Of a stretch of 64,000 nt of DNA, positions 48,204 through 59,289 are shown piece after piece; position 1 is the first letter of the stretch; each line of letters opens with the position of its first letter. The stretch spans positions 5,622-69,621 of the forward strand of contig CACKVD010000004.1 in the NCBI GenBank assembly GCA_902603555.1, written 5' to 3'. The DNA is from an uncultured Pelagibacteraceae bacterium (lineage in GTDB: Bacteria; Pseudomonadota; Alphaproteobacteria; Pelagibacterales; Pelagibacteraceae). The translations under genes and the position numbers were made by a program. The notes under the pieces are model-generated. The model had not been told where the DNA came from and did not search any database. It worked only from the letters and a program-made list of their open reading frames with translations.

Positions 48204-48814
48204 TTTAGATATTTAATTGCTTCAGTTGGTTTTAAATTTTTATTTTTCCAAATGTAGCCTGAGATAGCTAAAAAGTTAGCTTTATTCAATAGAAGTTTTT
48301 GATAATTTTTAGAATTAATACCACCAATAGCAACAATAGGAGTTTTTGTTATTTTTTTTATTTTTTTGAGTAAATTAAAACTAGCTTTATATTTAGTTTT
48401 TTTTGTTCTCGAGGCATAAAAAGCTCCAAAAGCTAAATAATCAGCCTTATCTTTTATTGCAGCATTTGCTAATTTAATTGAATTATGACAAGTAATTCCA
48501 ATTATTTTATTTTTTAAGTATTTTCTAGCCTTAAGTATTTGCATATCTTTTTGACCTAAATGACAACCATCAGAATTTAATTCTTTAGCAAGATGAACAT
48601 CATCATTAATTAGAAATTTTGTATTATATTTTTTGCAAATTTTTTTTACTTTTTTTCCAATTAATAGTTTTTTTTTAAAAGATGTATTTTTAAGTCTGAG
48701 TTGAAAGAAACTCACTTTATTTAATTTTAAAATTTCAATTAAATCATTAAAAAATTTATTTTTTATTTTATTGGGTGATAAAAGATAAATAAATTTTTTT
48801 TTATTGGTTTTCAA
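48200..48814 (-). CDS. thiE: Thiamine-phosphate synthase
   Basis: QLRLK, INDD, DGCHLGQ.D, GITCH, ADYLAFG, VAIGGI. Confidence 0.9.
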   Translation of the reverse strand: MKTNKKKFIYLLSPNKIKNKFFNDLIEILKLNKVSFFQLRLKNTSFKKKLLIGKKVKKICKKYNTKFLINDDVHLAKELNSDGCHLGQKDMQILKARKYLKNKIIGITCHNSIKLANAAIKDKADYLAFGAFYASRTKKTKYKASFNLLKKIKKITKTPIVAIGGINSKNYQKLLLNKANFLAISGYIWKNKNLKPTEAIKYLK

Positions 48815-49811
48815 TTTCTTTTGACCATTTTCCCTGAGCTGCTAATGTATTCATTTTTGCCCTATGATTGAAAATTTTCTGAGTGCCATCAATGTCTTGT
48901 ACATTTTTTGACCAGAATTTTAAAGCACTTTGTTGAAGAGCTCTACCATAAGAATAGCTCATTATGAAATTTGTATCATTTAATTTATTAACTAAATTTA
49001 GATTTTCTGTTGCCTCTAATTCTGATTGTCCACCAGACAAAAATGCGATACCTGGCACTTCAGATGGAACTGAATTTTTTAAACATTCCAAAGTTAATTT
49101 TGCAATTTCTTCATTAGAAATTTTATTTTTAGATTTATTGCCTGATAAAATCATGTTGGGTTTTAATATAATTCCAGTTAAATCAACTTTATGTAAAATA
49201 AGCTCATCAAAACATTTTTTTATTACCTCAGAGGTTTTTTGATAACAATCTTTTGCCGAATGATCGCCATCCATTAATACTTCAGGCTCAACAATAGGAA
49301 CCATATTAGATTCTTGAACTAATGCAGAGTATCTAGCTAGCGCATGAGCATTCGATTGTATGGATAGTTTGCTGGGATAATCTTTGGATATATTATAAAC
49401 ACCTCTCCATTTTGTAAATTTTGCTCCGAGGTGATAATATTCTTTCAATCTATCTCTTAACCCATCAAGACCTTCTGTAATTTTTTCATCAGGTGATCCT
49501 GCTAAAACTTTTGCTCCTGTATCCACTTTTATACCAGGATGAGAGCCCATAGATGAAATTAATTTTGGGATCTTGTTTTTTTTAGAGGATGTTTGTTTAA
49601 TAGTTTCATCATATAAAATCACACCACCTATACATTCTTTCATACCTAAAGAACTAAAAAGGGTTTCTCTAAACAGTAGTCTATTTTCTGGAGTTGATGG
49701 AACATTGACACCCTCTAATCTTTTTGTCATTGTCGCAGTGCTTTCATCAGCAGCCAGAATTCCTTTTCCATTATTTAAAATTTCTAATGCTATTTTATTT
49801 AGTTCAGACAT
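48801..49811 (-). CDS. Class I fructose-bisphosphate aldolase
   Basis: GKGILAADES, GIKVD.G, KWR, VPIVEPEV, LKPNM, FLSGGQS, SYGRALQ. Confidence 0.95.
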   Translation of the reverse strand: MSELNKIALEILNNGKGILAADESTATMTKRLEGVNVPSTPENRLLFRETLFSSLGMKECIGGVILYDETIKQTSSKKNKIPKLISSMGSHPGIKVDTGAKVLAGSPDEKITEGLDGLRDRLKEYYHLGAKFTKWRGVYNISKDYPSKLSIQSNAHALARYSALVQESNMVPIVEPEVLMDGDHSAKDCYQKTSEVIKKCFDELILHKVDLTGIILKPNMILSGNKSKNKISNEEIAKLTLECLKNSVPSEVPGIAFLSGGQSELEATENLNLVNKLNDTNFIMSYSYGRALQQSALKFWSKNVQDIDGTQKIFNHRAKMNTLAAQGKWSKEIENQ

Positions 49812-49812
49812 A

Positions 49813-50991
49813 TTAATTTAAAGCTTTTATACCAGGAAGTTCTTTTCCTTCAAGATATTCTAAAAATGCTCCACCAGCAGTTGAAACAAAATTAAAATTA
49901 TTAATTACACTGATTTGATTTAAAACTGCAATTGTATCTCCACCTCCCGCTATAGAATAAATCAAATTATTTTTACTTTTCTCAACAATTTTTTTTGCAA
50001 TCTCATAACTACCCAATGCAAAACTAGGGTTTTCAAAATAACCCGCTGGACCATTCCATAAAATAGTTTCACTGTTTTCAATTATATTTTTAATTTTATT
50101 TATAGTTCTTGGCCCAATGTCTAAAATTAAATCGTCATTATTTACTTCATTTAATTCTTTGATTTGTGCTTTATCTTCTTTATTTTTTCCTACAACAACG
50201 TCTTCAGGATAGATAATTTTACATGGATAGTTTTTTGCAGTTTTAAAAATGTCCTCAATAATCGACTCACAATTATCCTCTCTAATTGATTTTCCTATTG
50301 GATTTCCTAAATAATTGAGAATATTATTAGCCATACCACCCACGATAATAATATTATCAAATTTTGGTATTAAATTTTTTATTATACTAATTTTTGTTGA
50401 GATTTTTGATCCTCCAACAATGCATGCAATAGGTTTTTTAATTTCAGTTGTGACTTTTTTTAATGCATTAATCTCTGTCTCTAATTGTAAGCCAGCATAA
50501 GACGGTAAAAATTCAGTAATTTTACTAACTGAAGCATGAGCTCTGTGTGAACAAGAAAAAGCATCATTCACAAATATGTCTGCTAGTTTTGATAAATGTT
50601 TTGAGAAAATTGTGTCATTTTTTTCTTCTTGCTCATAAAATCTAATATTTTCCAAAAAAATAATTTGTTCTTTTGAATCATTAAATAAATTATCTCTTTT
50701 TAGTTCTAAAATATTATCTTTAATGAGGCTAACTTTTTGATTTAATTTTTTTTCTAAATTTTCACAAATTGGCTTAAGCGAAAGAGCTTTATCAACCTTA
50801 CCTTTTGGTCGACCAACATGAGAAATGACCAAAATCTTAGATTTTTTTTTTATTAAAAAATTAATAACAGGCAAAATTTTATCTATTCTTGTTTGGTCTG
50901 TAATCATTCCATTTTTGAGAGGAACATTTAAATCTAGTCTTAATAAAACTATTTTTTCACTCAAATTTTCTTGATCTTTTATATATTTCAT
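49813..50991 (-). CDS. pgk: Phosphoglycerate kinase
   Basis: RLDLNVP, SHVGRP, LENIRF, NDAFSCSHR.H, GGSK, WNGP.G.FE, GGGDT, STAGGAFLE. Confidence 0.97.
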   Translation of the reverse strand: MKYIKDQENLSEKIVLLRLDLNVPLKNGMITDQTRIDKILPVINFLIKKKSKILVISHVGRPKGKVDKALSLKPICENLEKKLNQKVSLIKDNILELKRDNLFNDSKEQIIFLENIRFYEQEEKNDTIFSKHLSKLADIFVNDAFSCSHRAHASVSKITEFLPSYAGLQLETEINALKKVTTEIKKPIACIVGGSKISTKISIIKNLIPKFDNIIIVGGMANNILNYLGNPIGKSIREDNCESIIEDIFKTAKNYPCKIIYPEDVVVGKNKEDKAQIKELNEVNNDDLILDIGPRTINKIKNIIENSETILWNGPAGYFENPSFALGSYEIAKKIVEKSKNNLIYSIAGGGDTIAVLNQISVINNFNFVSTAGGAFLEYLEGKELPGIKALN

Positions 50992-51992
50992 TAAGAAATT
51001 TTATGAAGGTATTCTGCTATGTCACACATTCTATTTGAGAAACCCCACTCATTATCGTACCAAGCCGAAATTTTACCCATATTTCCTCCGACCACGTTTG
51101 TTAAACTTGCATCAACGATAGATGAGGCGGGATTATGGTTAAAGTCTATAGACACAAGTTTTTCTTGAGTAAGTTCAAGAACTTTGCTTTTTTTGCTAAA
51201 GTTTAGAAATGCTGAATTAATTCTTTCTACACTCAAGTCTTTTTTTGTACAAAAGACAAGTTCAACTAAAGAAACATTAGGTGTGGGTACTCTCATTGCT
51301 ATACCTTCTAATTTTCCTTTAAGAGAGGGTATAATTTCACCTATAGCTTTTGATGCGCCAGTTGAGGTGGGTACAATAGATTGGCCTGCCGATCGAGCTC
51401 TTCTTGGATCTTTATGAGAATTATCTAAAATTCTTTGATCACTTGTATAAGCATGAATTGTTGTCATAAAGCCTTTTTCAATTTCAAAATTTTCATTTAA
51501 AACATGAACCACTGGTGCAAGACAATTTGTTGTACAAGAAGCAGCAGAAATAATTTTGTCATCTTTTTTCAGTTCTAATTCATTCACTCCAAATACAATA
51601 GTTTTATCAGCATTTTTACATGGTGCTGAAACAAGAACTTTTTTTGCCCCATTATCAATATGAGTTTTTAATTTATCTTTAGAATTAAATTTCCCAGTAC
51701 ATTCAAAAACATAATCCACATCATGTTTCTCCCAATTTATATTTTTTAAGTCTGTTTCTTGACTAAAAGTAATTTTATTTTTGTTAATAATCAGATGTTT
51801 ATCATCAAAATCTATATCAGCTTTAAATTTTCCATGGATTGAGTCATATTTTAAGAGAGTTGAACAAGCTTCAGAATTTGTTCTATTGTTGATATGTTTA
51901 ATTTCTATATTCTTATTATTGCTCTCAATTATAGATCGAATAATCATTCTCCCAATTCTACCCATTCCGTTTATGCCAAGTTTTATTTTCAT
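50991..51992 (-). CDS. gap: Glyceraldehyde-3-phosphate dehydrogenase type I
   Basis: [43 protein letters not shown]. Confidence 0.97.
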   Translation of the reverse strand: MKIKLGINGMGRIGRMIIRSIIESNNKNIEIKHINNRTNSEACSTLLKYDSIHGKFKADIDFDDKHLIINKNKITFSQETDLKNINWEKHDVDYVFECTGKFNSKDKLKTHIDNGAKKVLVSAPCKNADKTIVFGVNELELKKDDKIISAASCTTNCLAPVVHVLNENFEIEKGFMTTIHAYTSDQRILDNSHKDPRRARSAGQSIVPTSTGASKAIGEIIPSLKGKLEGIAMRVPTPNVSLVELVFCTKKDLSVERINSAFLNFSKKSKVLELTQEKLVSIDFNHNPASSIVDASLTNVVGGNMGKISAWYDNEWGFSNRMCDIAEYLHKIS

Positions 51993-53932
51993 AGTTTTTT
52001 TTTAATCTCTTTAATTATACTTTCCGAACTTAATTTAAAATGTTTAAAAATTTCTTTATAAGGTGCACTTTTTCCAAAATCATTAATTCCAAAGTTCAAT
52101 CCATTTGTACCTGTATATTTTTTCCAATAATTTGTTTCAGAAGCTTCTATAGAAACAACCATCTCAGTTTCAGTTAGAATTTTATTCTTATAATCTTTAC
52201 TTTGTTGATCAAATAATTCCTGACAAGGCATGGATATTACTTTTGAATAAATACTTTCTGTGGCCAATTTATGACTAATGTCACAAGCTAAACTTGTTTC
52301 TGAACCTGAGGAAATTAATGTCAATTTTATATCTTCTCCAGTTCTTAAAACTTCATAAGCACCATAAGATGATTCATTTTTTGTGCTATATTGATTTCTT
52401 ATTGGTTTAACACCCTGTCGTGTTAAAGCGATTACGCTTGGAGCATTTTTACTTTCAATAGCTAATTGCCAACTCTCAAAAGTTTCAATTAAGTCGGCTG
52501 GCCTAAACACATTTAAATTTGGAATTGATCTTAGACTTGTTAGTTGTTCAATTGGCTGATGAGTTGGCCCATCTTCTCCAAGTCCAATAGAATCATGAGT
52601 AAAAATATAAATAACTCTTTGTTTCATCATAGCCGCCAATCTAATAGATGGCTTGCAGTAATCACTAAAAATTAAAAAAGTTCCACCATATGGGATTAAA
52701 TTACTATGCAAAGCTATTCCGTTCATTATTCCACACATTGCATGTTCTCTAACTCCATAGTGAATATAGTTTCCTGAAAAATTTCCTGGCTTAACTATTT
52801 TATGGTCTTTAGTTTTAGTATTATTTGAACCAGCTAGATCAGCTGAACCCCCAATAAGATTTGGTATTTTAGAAACTATATCTAAAAACATTTCAGAAGT
52901 TTTTCTAGTTGCTAGAGATTTAGGGTTTTCTAAGTAATTTTTTTTAAGTTTTTCAATTGAATTATTGAATGAACTTAGTTTTTCATTTTTTAATAAAATA
53001 TTTTTAAATTTATTTTCATGTTTCTCAGCTTTTTTGCTAGCTTCATTCCCGATTTTTTTCCACTCATTTAATAAATCTTTTGAAATTTGAAAAGGTTCAT
53101 ATTTCCATCCTAATTTTTTTCTTACTAATTTTATTTCATCCTCTCCTAAAGGACTTCCATGAGATGATGCTTTCCCGCTTTTATTTGGTGAACCATAACC
53201 AATTGTAGTTTTGCAAGAAATAGCAATAGGCTTTTTTGATTTTTGTGCTTTTTTTAAAGCTTTGGTTATCTCTTTGTAATTATGACCATTAATTTTTAAA
53301 TAATCCCACCCATAACTTTTTAACCTTTTTTCATGGTCATCAGAAACAGCTAAGCTGGTTGGTCCATCAATAGAAATTGAATTATTATCAAAAAGTAAAA
53401 TTAGATTTTTTAATTTTAAATGACCAGCTAGACTTAATGCTTCATGGCTTATTCCTTCCATTAAGCATCCATCACCAGCTATTACATAAGTTTTATGATT
53501 AATTTTTTTTTTACCAAGTTTTTTTTTTAAAATTTCTTCTGATATAGCAAAACCAACTGCATTCGAAATTCCTTGTCCCAAGGGACCAGTAGTAGTCTCT
53601 ATTCCAGAGTTTGGACGGTATTCAGGATGACCGGCGCAAATGCAGTCTAGTTGTCTAAAATTTTTTATATCAGACAATGAAACACTTTTATAACCAGTTA
53701 AATATAAAAGCGAATAAAGCAACATAGACCCATGTCCTGCAGAAAGCACAAACCTATCTCTATTAATCCAACTTGGGTTTTTTGGATTAAACTTTAAAAA
53801 ATCTTTAAACAGAACAGTTGCTACATCAGCCATTCCCATTGGCATTCCAGGGTGCCCAGAATTAGCTTTTTGAACAGCGTCCATAGACAAAAATCTAATA
53901 CAATTAGCTAATTCTTTATATTGTTTGCTCAA
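51989..53932 (-). CDS. tkt: Transketolase
   Basis: [53 protein letters not shown]; TTG start. Confidence 0.97.
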   Translation of the reverse strand: MSKQYKELANCIRFLSMDAVQKANSGHPGMPMGMADVATVLFKDFLKFNPKNPSWINRDRFVLSAGHGSMLLYSLLYLTGYKSVSLSDIKNFRQLDCICAGHPEYRPNSGIETTTGPLGQGISNAVGFAISEEILKKKLGKKKINHKTYVIAGDGCLMEGISHEALSLAGHLKLKNLILLFDNNSISIDGPTSLAVSDDHEKRLKSYGWDYLKINGHNYKEITKALKKAQKSKKPIAISCKTTIGYGSPNKSGKASSHGSPLGEDEIKLVRKKLGWKYEPFQISKDLLNEWKKIGNEASKKAEKHENKFKNILLKNEKLSSFNNSIEKLKKNYLENPKSLATRKTSEMFLDIVSKIPNLIGGSADLAGSNNTKTKDHKIVKPGNFSGNYIHYGVREHAMCGIMNGIALHSNLIPYGGTFLIFSDYCKPSIRLAAMMKQRVIYIFTHDSIGLGEDGPTHQPIEQLTSLRSIPNLNVFRPADLIETFESWQLAIESKNAPSVIALTRQGVKPIRNQYSTKNESSYGAYEVLRTGEDIKLTLISSGSETSLACDISHKLATESIYSKVISMPCQELFDQQSKDYKNKILTETEMVVSIEASETNYWKKYTGTNGLNFGINDFGKSAPYKEIFKHFKLSSESIIKEIKKKL

Positions 53933-53987
53933 AAAACTATCCTGTCTAGACTAAGAAGATTCTATTTAATAATATAATTATATATAT

Positions 53988-54311
53988 ATGAAATCTGTGA
54001 TCGAAAAAGAAAAAAGATTAAATTTGGCGTTAACAAAATTAAAAAATTTAAATCTTAAAAACCCAGAAATAAAAAAAAACATAGAAAATTTAAATAGTCA
54101 GAAAAATCAATTAGAAATTGAAAAACAAGAATTAGAGGAAAAATATAAAAGTTTGACAGATGATTTCAATAATTTGAGTAAAAAATTAGATGAATTTCAA
54201 AATCAGGAAAAAATAGAGCAAAAAAAACAAATAGAGTTTTCTGAAAAAATTGATGAATTAAATCAAGAAACAGATACTTTACTAGAGGAAATAGATAAAT
54301 GGCAAACGTAA
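53988..54311 (+). CDS. Coiled-coil protein upstream of zapA (ZauP/DUF4164-like)
   Basis: Heptad-rich 107 aa; conserved position between tkt and zapA. Confidence 0.6.
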   Translation: MKSVIEKEKRLNLALTKLKNLNLKNPEIKKNIENLNSQKNQLEIEKQELEEKYKSLTDDFNNLSKKLDEFQNQEKIEQKKQIEFSEKIDELNQETDTLLEEIDKWQT

Positions 54312-54742
54312 GTATTAAATTTAATGGAAAAGAATTTTTGTTATCATGTGAGGATGGACAAGAGGAACATTTAGAAGATTTATTAATTCAAATAAATCAA
54401 AAATTTAATAATCTTAAAAATGATTTGGGAAATTTAGGTGAAAATAAACTTTTATTAATCACAGCTGTTAAAGTAATGGATGAATATTATGAAACTAAGA
54501 AAAAAGTTGAACAAAAAAAAGATGAATTAAAAAATCTCACTGATAAATTTAAGGAACTTAAATCTCTAATTTATGAATATAGAGACAAAAAAGAATTAGA
54601 AATTAATCAATTAAATGAAAATCATTTTAAGTTGAAAGATGAAATAGAAAAAAATCAAAAAAATTATGAAAAATTAATTGATGAAGCAGCTGATGAAATT
54701 TCAAGTTTTGTTGAAAAGGCAAATTTAGAAAATTTATCTTAA
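54299..54742 (+). CDS. zapA: Cell division protein ZapA
   Basis: V.I.FNGKEF.L.C.DGQEEHL, G.LGE..LL...A...DE followed by coiled coil. Confidence 0.85.
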   Translation: MANVSIKFNGKEFLLSCEDGQEEHLEDLLIQINQKFNNLKNDLGNLGENKLLLITAVKVMDEYYETKKKVEQKKDELKNLTDKFKELKSLIYEYRDKKELEINQLNENHFKLKDEIEKNQKNYEKLIDEAADEISSFVEKANLENLS

Positions 54743-54749
54743 AATCATT

Positions 54750-55289
54750 GTGTCAAAATCTCAACTTAGAAAAAAAATTTTAAAAACTAGGAAAAGAAAA
54801 TATCCTAAGTATAAAGAGATTAACTTTGACAATATTATAAAAATACTAAAAAAAGAAAAAATTAATAATAAAATTATTGGTGGATATTATCCATATAACT
54901 ATGAGGTAAATATTATTAAAATTTTAGAGAAATTTGAAAAACTAAATTTCTTAGTTACATTGCCTAAAATAAAGAAAAACTCTCAAATGGACTTTTTTCA
55001 TTGGTCGACTAAAGATCCTTTATTAATTAATAAATATGGAATTCCTGAGCCAATTTCAAACAAAATAAATTATCCTAATATTTTGTTAGTACCTCTAGTG
55101 GCTTTTGATAAACATCTTAATAGAGTTGGCTACGGTGGAGGATTTTACGATAGATATATTAAAAAACTTAAAAAAAAAAAAAAGATCATAACAATTGGTT
55201 TAGCTTACTCTTTTCAAAAAGTTAAAAATATACCAATTAATAGATATGACATTAAATTAGATTTTATAGTTACAGAAAAACAAAACTAA
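54750..55289 (+). CDS. ygfA: 5-formyltetrahydrofolate cyclo-ligase
   Basis: K..LRK, YGIPEP, LVPLVAFD....RVGYGGGFYDR, D..LD.IVTE. Confidence 0.93.
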   Translation: MSKSQLRKKILKTRKRKYPKYKEINFDNIIKILKKEKINNKIIGGYYPYNYEVNIIKILEKFEKLNFLVTLPKIKKNSQMDFFHWSTKDPLLINKYGIPEPISNKINYPNILLVPLVAFDKHLNRVGYGGGFYDRYIKKLKKKKKIITIGLAYSFQKVKNIPINRYDIKLDFIVTEKQN

Positions 55290-56093
55290 ATGAAAATATT
55301 ATTTTTAGGAGATGTAGTTGGAATTTCAGGTTGTTCGAAAATAATGAATAATCTTCTTAATCAAATTAAGTTAAATAAAATTGATTTTGTAATTGTAAAT
55401 GCTGAAAATGCTGATGAAACAGGTGTTGGACTAACAAAAGAAATTTGTGAAGATTTTTTTAGGTGTGGTGTTAACGTGATTACAACAGGAAATCATGTTT
55501 GGGATCAAAAGGATATAATGAATTTTATAGATAAAGAAAATCGATTATTACGTCCTAAAAATTTATTTGAACCTGCACCAGGTAGAGGATTTGAAATTTA
55601 TACTACCTCTAAAGAGATCAAAATTGGAGTTCTAAATTTAATGGGAAATGTTTTTATGAAAAAATGTGATGATGTTTTTAAAACGTCAAAAAATTTTATG
55701 GAAAAATATAAATTAAAAGAAGATTATGATTTTCTAGTAGTTGATTTTCACGGAGAAATTACTAGTGAGAAAAATGCTATAGGACATTATTTTGATGGAA
55801 AAGCAACTTTGGTTGTTGGAACTCATACACATATACCAACTAATGATGCTAGGATTTTAGAAAGTGGCACAGGGTATCAAACAGATGCAGGAATGTGTGG
55901 CGATTATAACTCAGTTATAGGAATGAATAAAAATAATTCATTAAATAGATTTTTAAAAAAAGACTCTGTTAAACACTTCCCGGCAGAGGGTGAGGCCACT
56001 TTAAGTGGTGTTATTGTTGATTGTGATATAAAAACTGGTTTAGCTAAAAAAATAAAAAGTTTTATTTTTGGAGGTCAGTTAAGTAATACTTGA
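55290..56093 (+). CDS. ymdB: YmdB/TIGR00282 metallophosphoesterase
   Basis: ILFLGDVVG, NAENA, TTGNHVWD, DFHGE.TSEK, GTHTHIPT.D, TDAGMCG. Confidence 0.92.
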   Translation: MKILFLGDVVGISGCSKIMNNLLNQIKLNKIDFVIVNAENADETGVGLTKEICEDFFRCGVNVITTGNHVWDQKDIMNFIDKENRLLRPKNLFEPAPGRGFEIYTTSKEIKIGVLNLMGNVFMKKCDDVFKTSKNFMEKYKLKEDYDFLVVDFHGEITSEKNAIGHYFDGKATLVVGTHTHIPTNDARILESGTGYQTDAGMCGDYNSVIGMNKNNSLNRFLKKDSVKHFPAEGEATLSGVIVDCDIKTGLAKKIKSFIFGGQLSNT

Positions 56094-56100
56094 TTAATTT

Positions 56101-56823
56101 ATGGCAGGACATTCTCATTGGGCAGGTATCAAACATAAAAAAGGTAAAGCTGATAAGCAGAGATCAAAAATTTTTTCAAAATTATCAAAAGAAATAACTG
56201 TTGCTGCAAAGTTAGGAGATAAAGATCCTGCAATGAATCCCAGATTGAGATCTGCTATTCAAGCTGCAAGGTCGGCAAATATGCCAAAAGATAACATCGA
56301 AAGAGCAATTGATAAATCATCTGTTAACACTGAGTTAAATTTTGAAAATTTAAGATATGAAGGCTTTGGCCCAGATAAGGTTGCTGTTATTGTTGAAACT
56401 CTCACGGATAATAAAAACCGAACTGCATCTAATATCAGAACTATTTTTCAAAAAGCTGGAGGCAGTCTTGGTACACAAGGCTCTGCTTCACATAATTTTA
56501 ATCAATTAGGTATAATTAAAATTGAAAAAAAAGAGGTTTCAGATGAGCGTATCTTAGAATTAGCTATAGATGCAGGTGCTGACGAATGTAAATCAAATAG
56601 TGATTTTCATGAAATTCAATGTCCAATTAATGATATATATAACGTGAAAAAAGAATTAGAAAAAGAAATTAACAATTTTATATCAACTGAAATTGAATGG
56701 CGATCACTTAACAGTATTGAAATTTCTAAAGATAAACATGAAAATTTGATTAATTTTTTTGAAACATTAGAGGAGGATGATGATGTACAAAATATTTATT
56801 CAAATGTTGAATTTGTAAAGTAG
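56101..56823 (+). CDS. yebC: YebC/PmpR family regulator
   Basis: MAGHS.W..IKHKK, NPRLR, NMPKDNIERAI, YEG.GP, TDNKNRT, DDDVQ.IYSN. Confidence 0.95.
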   Translation: MAGHSHWAGIKHKKGKADKQRSKIFSKLSKEITVAAKLGDKDPAMNPRLRSAIQAARSANMPKDNIERAIDKSSVNTELNFENLRYEGFGPDKVAVIVETLTDNKNRTASNIRTIFQKAGGSLGTQGSASHNFNQLGIIKIEKKEVSDERILELAIDAGADECKSNSDFHEIQCPINDIYNVKKELEKEINNFISTEIEWRSLNSIEISKDKHENLINFFETLEEDDDVQNIYSNVEFVK

Positions 56824-56826
56824 ATT

Positions 56827-57321
56827 ATGTTAATTATTGGTATAGACCCTGGAATATCTGGATCAATTTGTTTTTTTGAAGATGGAAAAATCATTGATGT
56901 AATTGAAATGCCAACAATGACAGATGGAAAAAAAAATAAAAGGCAAGTGAATGGTTCCCAAATTTACAACGAAATTTTAAAAAGAATAAATAAAATTGAA
57001 AAACAAAATATTAGGGTAATTATAGAACAAGTTTCAGCAATGCCAGGTCAAGGAGTTACCAGTATGTTTAATTTTGGACAATCTTTTGGAATTTTAAAAG
57101 GAATTTGTTCTGCTATGCAATTACCCATGTATTTTATAAGACCAGCCAAATGGAAAAAATATTTTAGTTTAATTAATTCAGAAAAGGATGCTAGTAGAAC
57201 TAAAGTAATTGAGATGTTTCCATCTTTTTCATCACAACTTTCAAAAAAAAAAGACTCAAATAAAGCAGACGCAATATTAATTGCCAGTTTTTACTACGAA
57301 ACATATAAATTTGAGGAATAA
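56827..57321 (+). CDS. ruvC: RuvC-fold Holliday junction resolvase, MOC1/phage-like subtype
   Basis: IIGIDPG..G; IEQV.AMPGQGV.SMF.FG..FG; P.KWKK.F.L; KDASR; ADAILIA. Confidence 0.8.
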   Translation: MLIIGIDPGISGSICFFEDGKIIDVIEMPTMTDGKKNKRQVNGSQIYNEILKRINKIEKQNIRVIIEQVSAMPGQGVTSMFNFGQSFGILKGICSAMQLPMYFIRPAKWKKYFSLINSEKDASRTKVIEMFPSFSSQLSKKKDSNKADAILIASFYYETYKFEE

Positions 57322-57372
57322 TTTGATAAATCAAAGACAAATTGATGACACATTTAAGTGTGAGAAGGCCTT

Positions 57373-58047
57373 ATGGAAGCTGATATTTCAACTCAAGCAG
57401 TAGGATTAGCATCAAGTGCTGATTTTTCTCTTTTAAATTTATTCATACGTGCAGATATTATAGTCAAAACTGTAATTATTTTGTTGATAGCTTGTTCAGT
57501 TTATTCATGGGCAGTAATTATAGAAAAAATTAGATTATTTAAAAAAATAAATCAATCAACTGAAGAGTTTGAGACAAAGTTTTGGAATTCTAAGTCTGCA
57601 GAGTCATTTTATAATAACCTTCCATCAAACACAGAAGACCCAATGGCATTAGTTTTTAAAGATGCAATGCAGAGTTTATTAAAAAGAAAATCAAGAACTG
57701 ATTTACATGACAGGATGACCACCATGTTGGAAACTGGAATAGAAAAACAAATGTCTAAAATAAGTAAAGGTTATACTTTCTTAGCAACAGTGGGATCCAC
57801 TGCTCCTTTTATTGGTTTGTTCGGAACAGTCTGGGGAATCATGAATTCCTTTCAATCCATTGCAATTTCAAGAAATACTAGTTTAGCTATAGTTGCACCC
57901 GGAATAGCAGAAGCGTTATTTGCAACAGCGTTAGGATTGTTGGCGGCAATCCCTGCGGTTATTGCATATAATAAATTTAATAATGACTCGATTTTGTATT
58001 CAAGAAAATTAGAAAATTTTTCAAAAAGATTTTTAACAATAATCTAG
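57373..58047 (+). CDS. tolQ: TolQ
   Basis: FLATVGSTAPFIGLFGTVWGIMNSF, VAPGIAEALFATALGL.AAIPAV. Confidence 0.96.
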   Translation: MEADISTQAVGLASSADFSLLNLFIRADIIVKTVIILLIACSVYSWAVIIEKIRLFKKINQSTEEFETKFWNSKSAESFYNNLPSNTEDPMALVFKDAMQSLLKRKSRTDLHDRMTTMLETGIEKQMSKISKGYTFLATVGSTAPFIGLFGTVWGIMNSFQSIAISRNTSLAIVAPGIAEALFATALGLLAAIPAVIAYNKFNNDSILYSRKLENFSKRFLTII

Positions 58048-58048
58048 A

Positions 58049-58465
58049 ATGGCTTTTAAATTAAATCGTTCATCAAAAGAACCAATGAGCGAAATAAATG
58101 TTACACCATTTGTTGATGTAATGTTGGTACTTTTAATTATATTTATGGTTACGGCTCCTCTCTTGACTGTTGGAGTACAAGTGGATCTCCCAGAAAGTTC
58201 AGCAGATTCTCTTCCTGAAGAAGCTGAGCCTCTAACATTATCTATTAATTCAAAAGGAGAGATTTTTATACAAGAGTCAAAGGTAGAGTATGATAAAATT
58301 ATAGCTAAAGTATTGGCTGTTTCAAAAAATAGAACAGATACAAGAATTTATGTAAGAGGCGATAAAACTATTAACTATGGTAGAGTGTTGGAAATTATGG
58401 GCCTCTTGTCAGGTTCAGGTTTCACAAAAGTAGCACTTATTTCTGAACCATATAAAGGAAGGTAA
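58049..58465 (+). CDS. tolR: TolR
   Basis: MSEINVTPFVDVMLVLLIIFMVTAP, RGD....YG. Confidence 0.96.
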   Translation: MAFKLNRSSKEPMSEINVTPFVDVMLVLLIIFMVTAPLLTVGVQVDLPESSADSLPEEAEPLTLSINSKGEIFIQESKVEYDKIIAKVLAVSKNRTDTRIYVRGDKTINYGRVLEIMGLLSGSGFTKVALISEPYKGR

Positions 58466-58471
58466 GCAAAA

Positions 58472-59281
58472 GTGAGCAAAAGCTTATTAATCTCCTCTGT
58501 TTTACATTTTATATTAATTATTATTACAGCGATGAGCTTGCCATTTTTGGCAAAAAAACCAATTGATCTTCCACCAATTGTATCAGTTGAATTAATACAA
58601 ATTACAGACAAAACTAATATTCCCTTTGCTCCAAAAGCAAAAAAAACAATTGAAAAAATTAAAGAAAAGGAAAAAAAGTTAGTTTCTGAACAAGCACCAC
58701 CAAAAAAAGTCAAAAAAGTTAAACCTGACTCAGTACCAATGCCAGAGGATAAAGTAAAAAAGGTTGAAAAAATTAAAGAGGATAAACAAAATCCTGAAAA
58801 AATTGATAACGAAGTAAAGCAAGTATCTGAATTTGAGAAAAAAGAGTTATTTGATCCTAATAATATTGCAGCATTAATTGATAAATCTAAAATTGAAACA
58901 TCCGAAACTAATAAAAAGACAGACAAAGTTACACAAGATCAGCAGAAAAATTTAGAAAATACTGGGTTATCTTTAAGTGAAGAAGATGCTTTAAAAGCAC
59001 AAATATTTGGATGTTGGAGTATACCTTTAGGTTTGCCTTATAATGAAAATTTATTAGTCAGAATAAAACTTGAACTAAATCCTGATGGTACTGTGTCTCA
59101 ATCAGAAATATTGGATCATGCTAGAATGAATAAACCAGGTCAGGGATTTTATAAAGTTTTAGCCGAAAGTGCATTGAGAGCTGTGAAACTCTGTCAACCA
59201 CTTAGAGTACCAACGACTGGGTATGAAAGATGGAAAAAATTACAATTAAATTTTGATGCAAGAGAGATGCTAGAAGGGTAA
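58472..59281 (+). CDS. tolA: TolA-like protein
   Basis: N-terminal TM with S..LH, K/E/P-rich linker, C-terminal QI..CW...DG.V...A.RAV..C.P. Confidence 0.85.
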   Translation: MSKSLLISSVLHFILIIITAMSLPFLAKKPIDLPPIVSVELIQITDKTNIPFAPKAKKTIEKIKEKEKKLVSEQAPPKKVKKVKPDSVPMPEDKVKKVEKIKEDKQNPEKIDNEVKQVSEFEKKELFDPNNIAALIDKSKIETSETNKKTDKVTQDQQKNLENTGLSLSEEDALKAQIFGCWSIPLGLPYNENLLVRIKLELNPDGTVSQSEILDHARMNKPGQGFYKVLAESALRAVKLCQPLRVPTTGYERWKKLQLNFDAREMLEG

Positions 59282-59289
59282 TATATCTT

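Noticed and set aside
48200-49811. thiE and eukaryote-like class I aldolase within the glycolytic operon as an oddity
   Set aside because: This arrangement and enzyme class are common in alphaproteobacteria
58375-58926. 183-aa antisense ORF over tolR/tolA, and other short shadow ORFs (e.g. 12918-13259, 48964-49242, 63541-63858)
   Set aside because: They lie opposite or within well-conserved genes, have no recognisable motifs, and their composition mirrors the sense-strand codons
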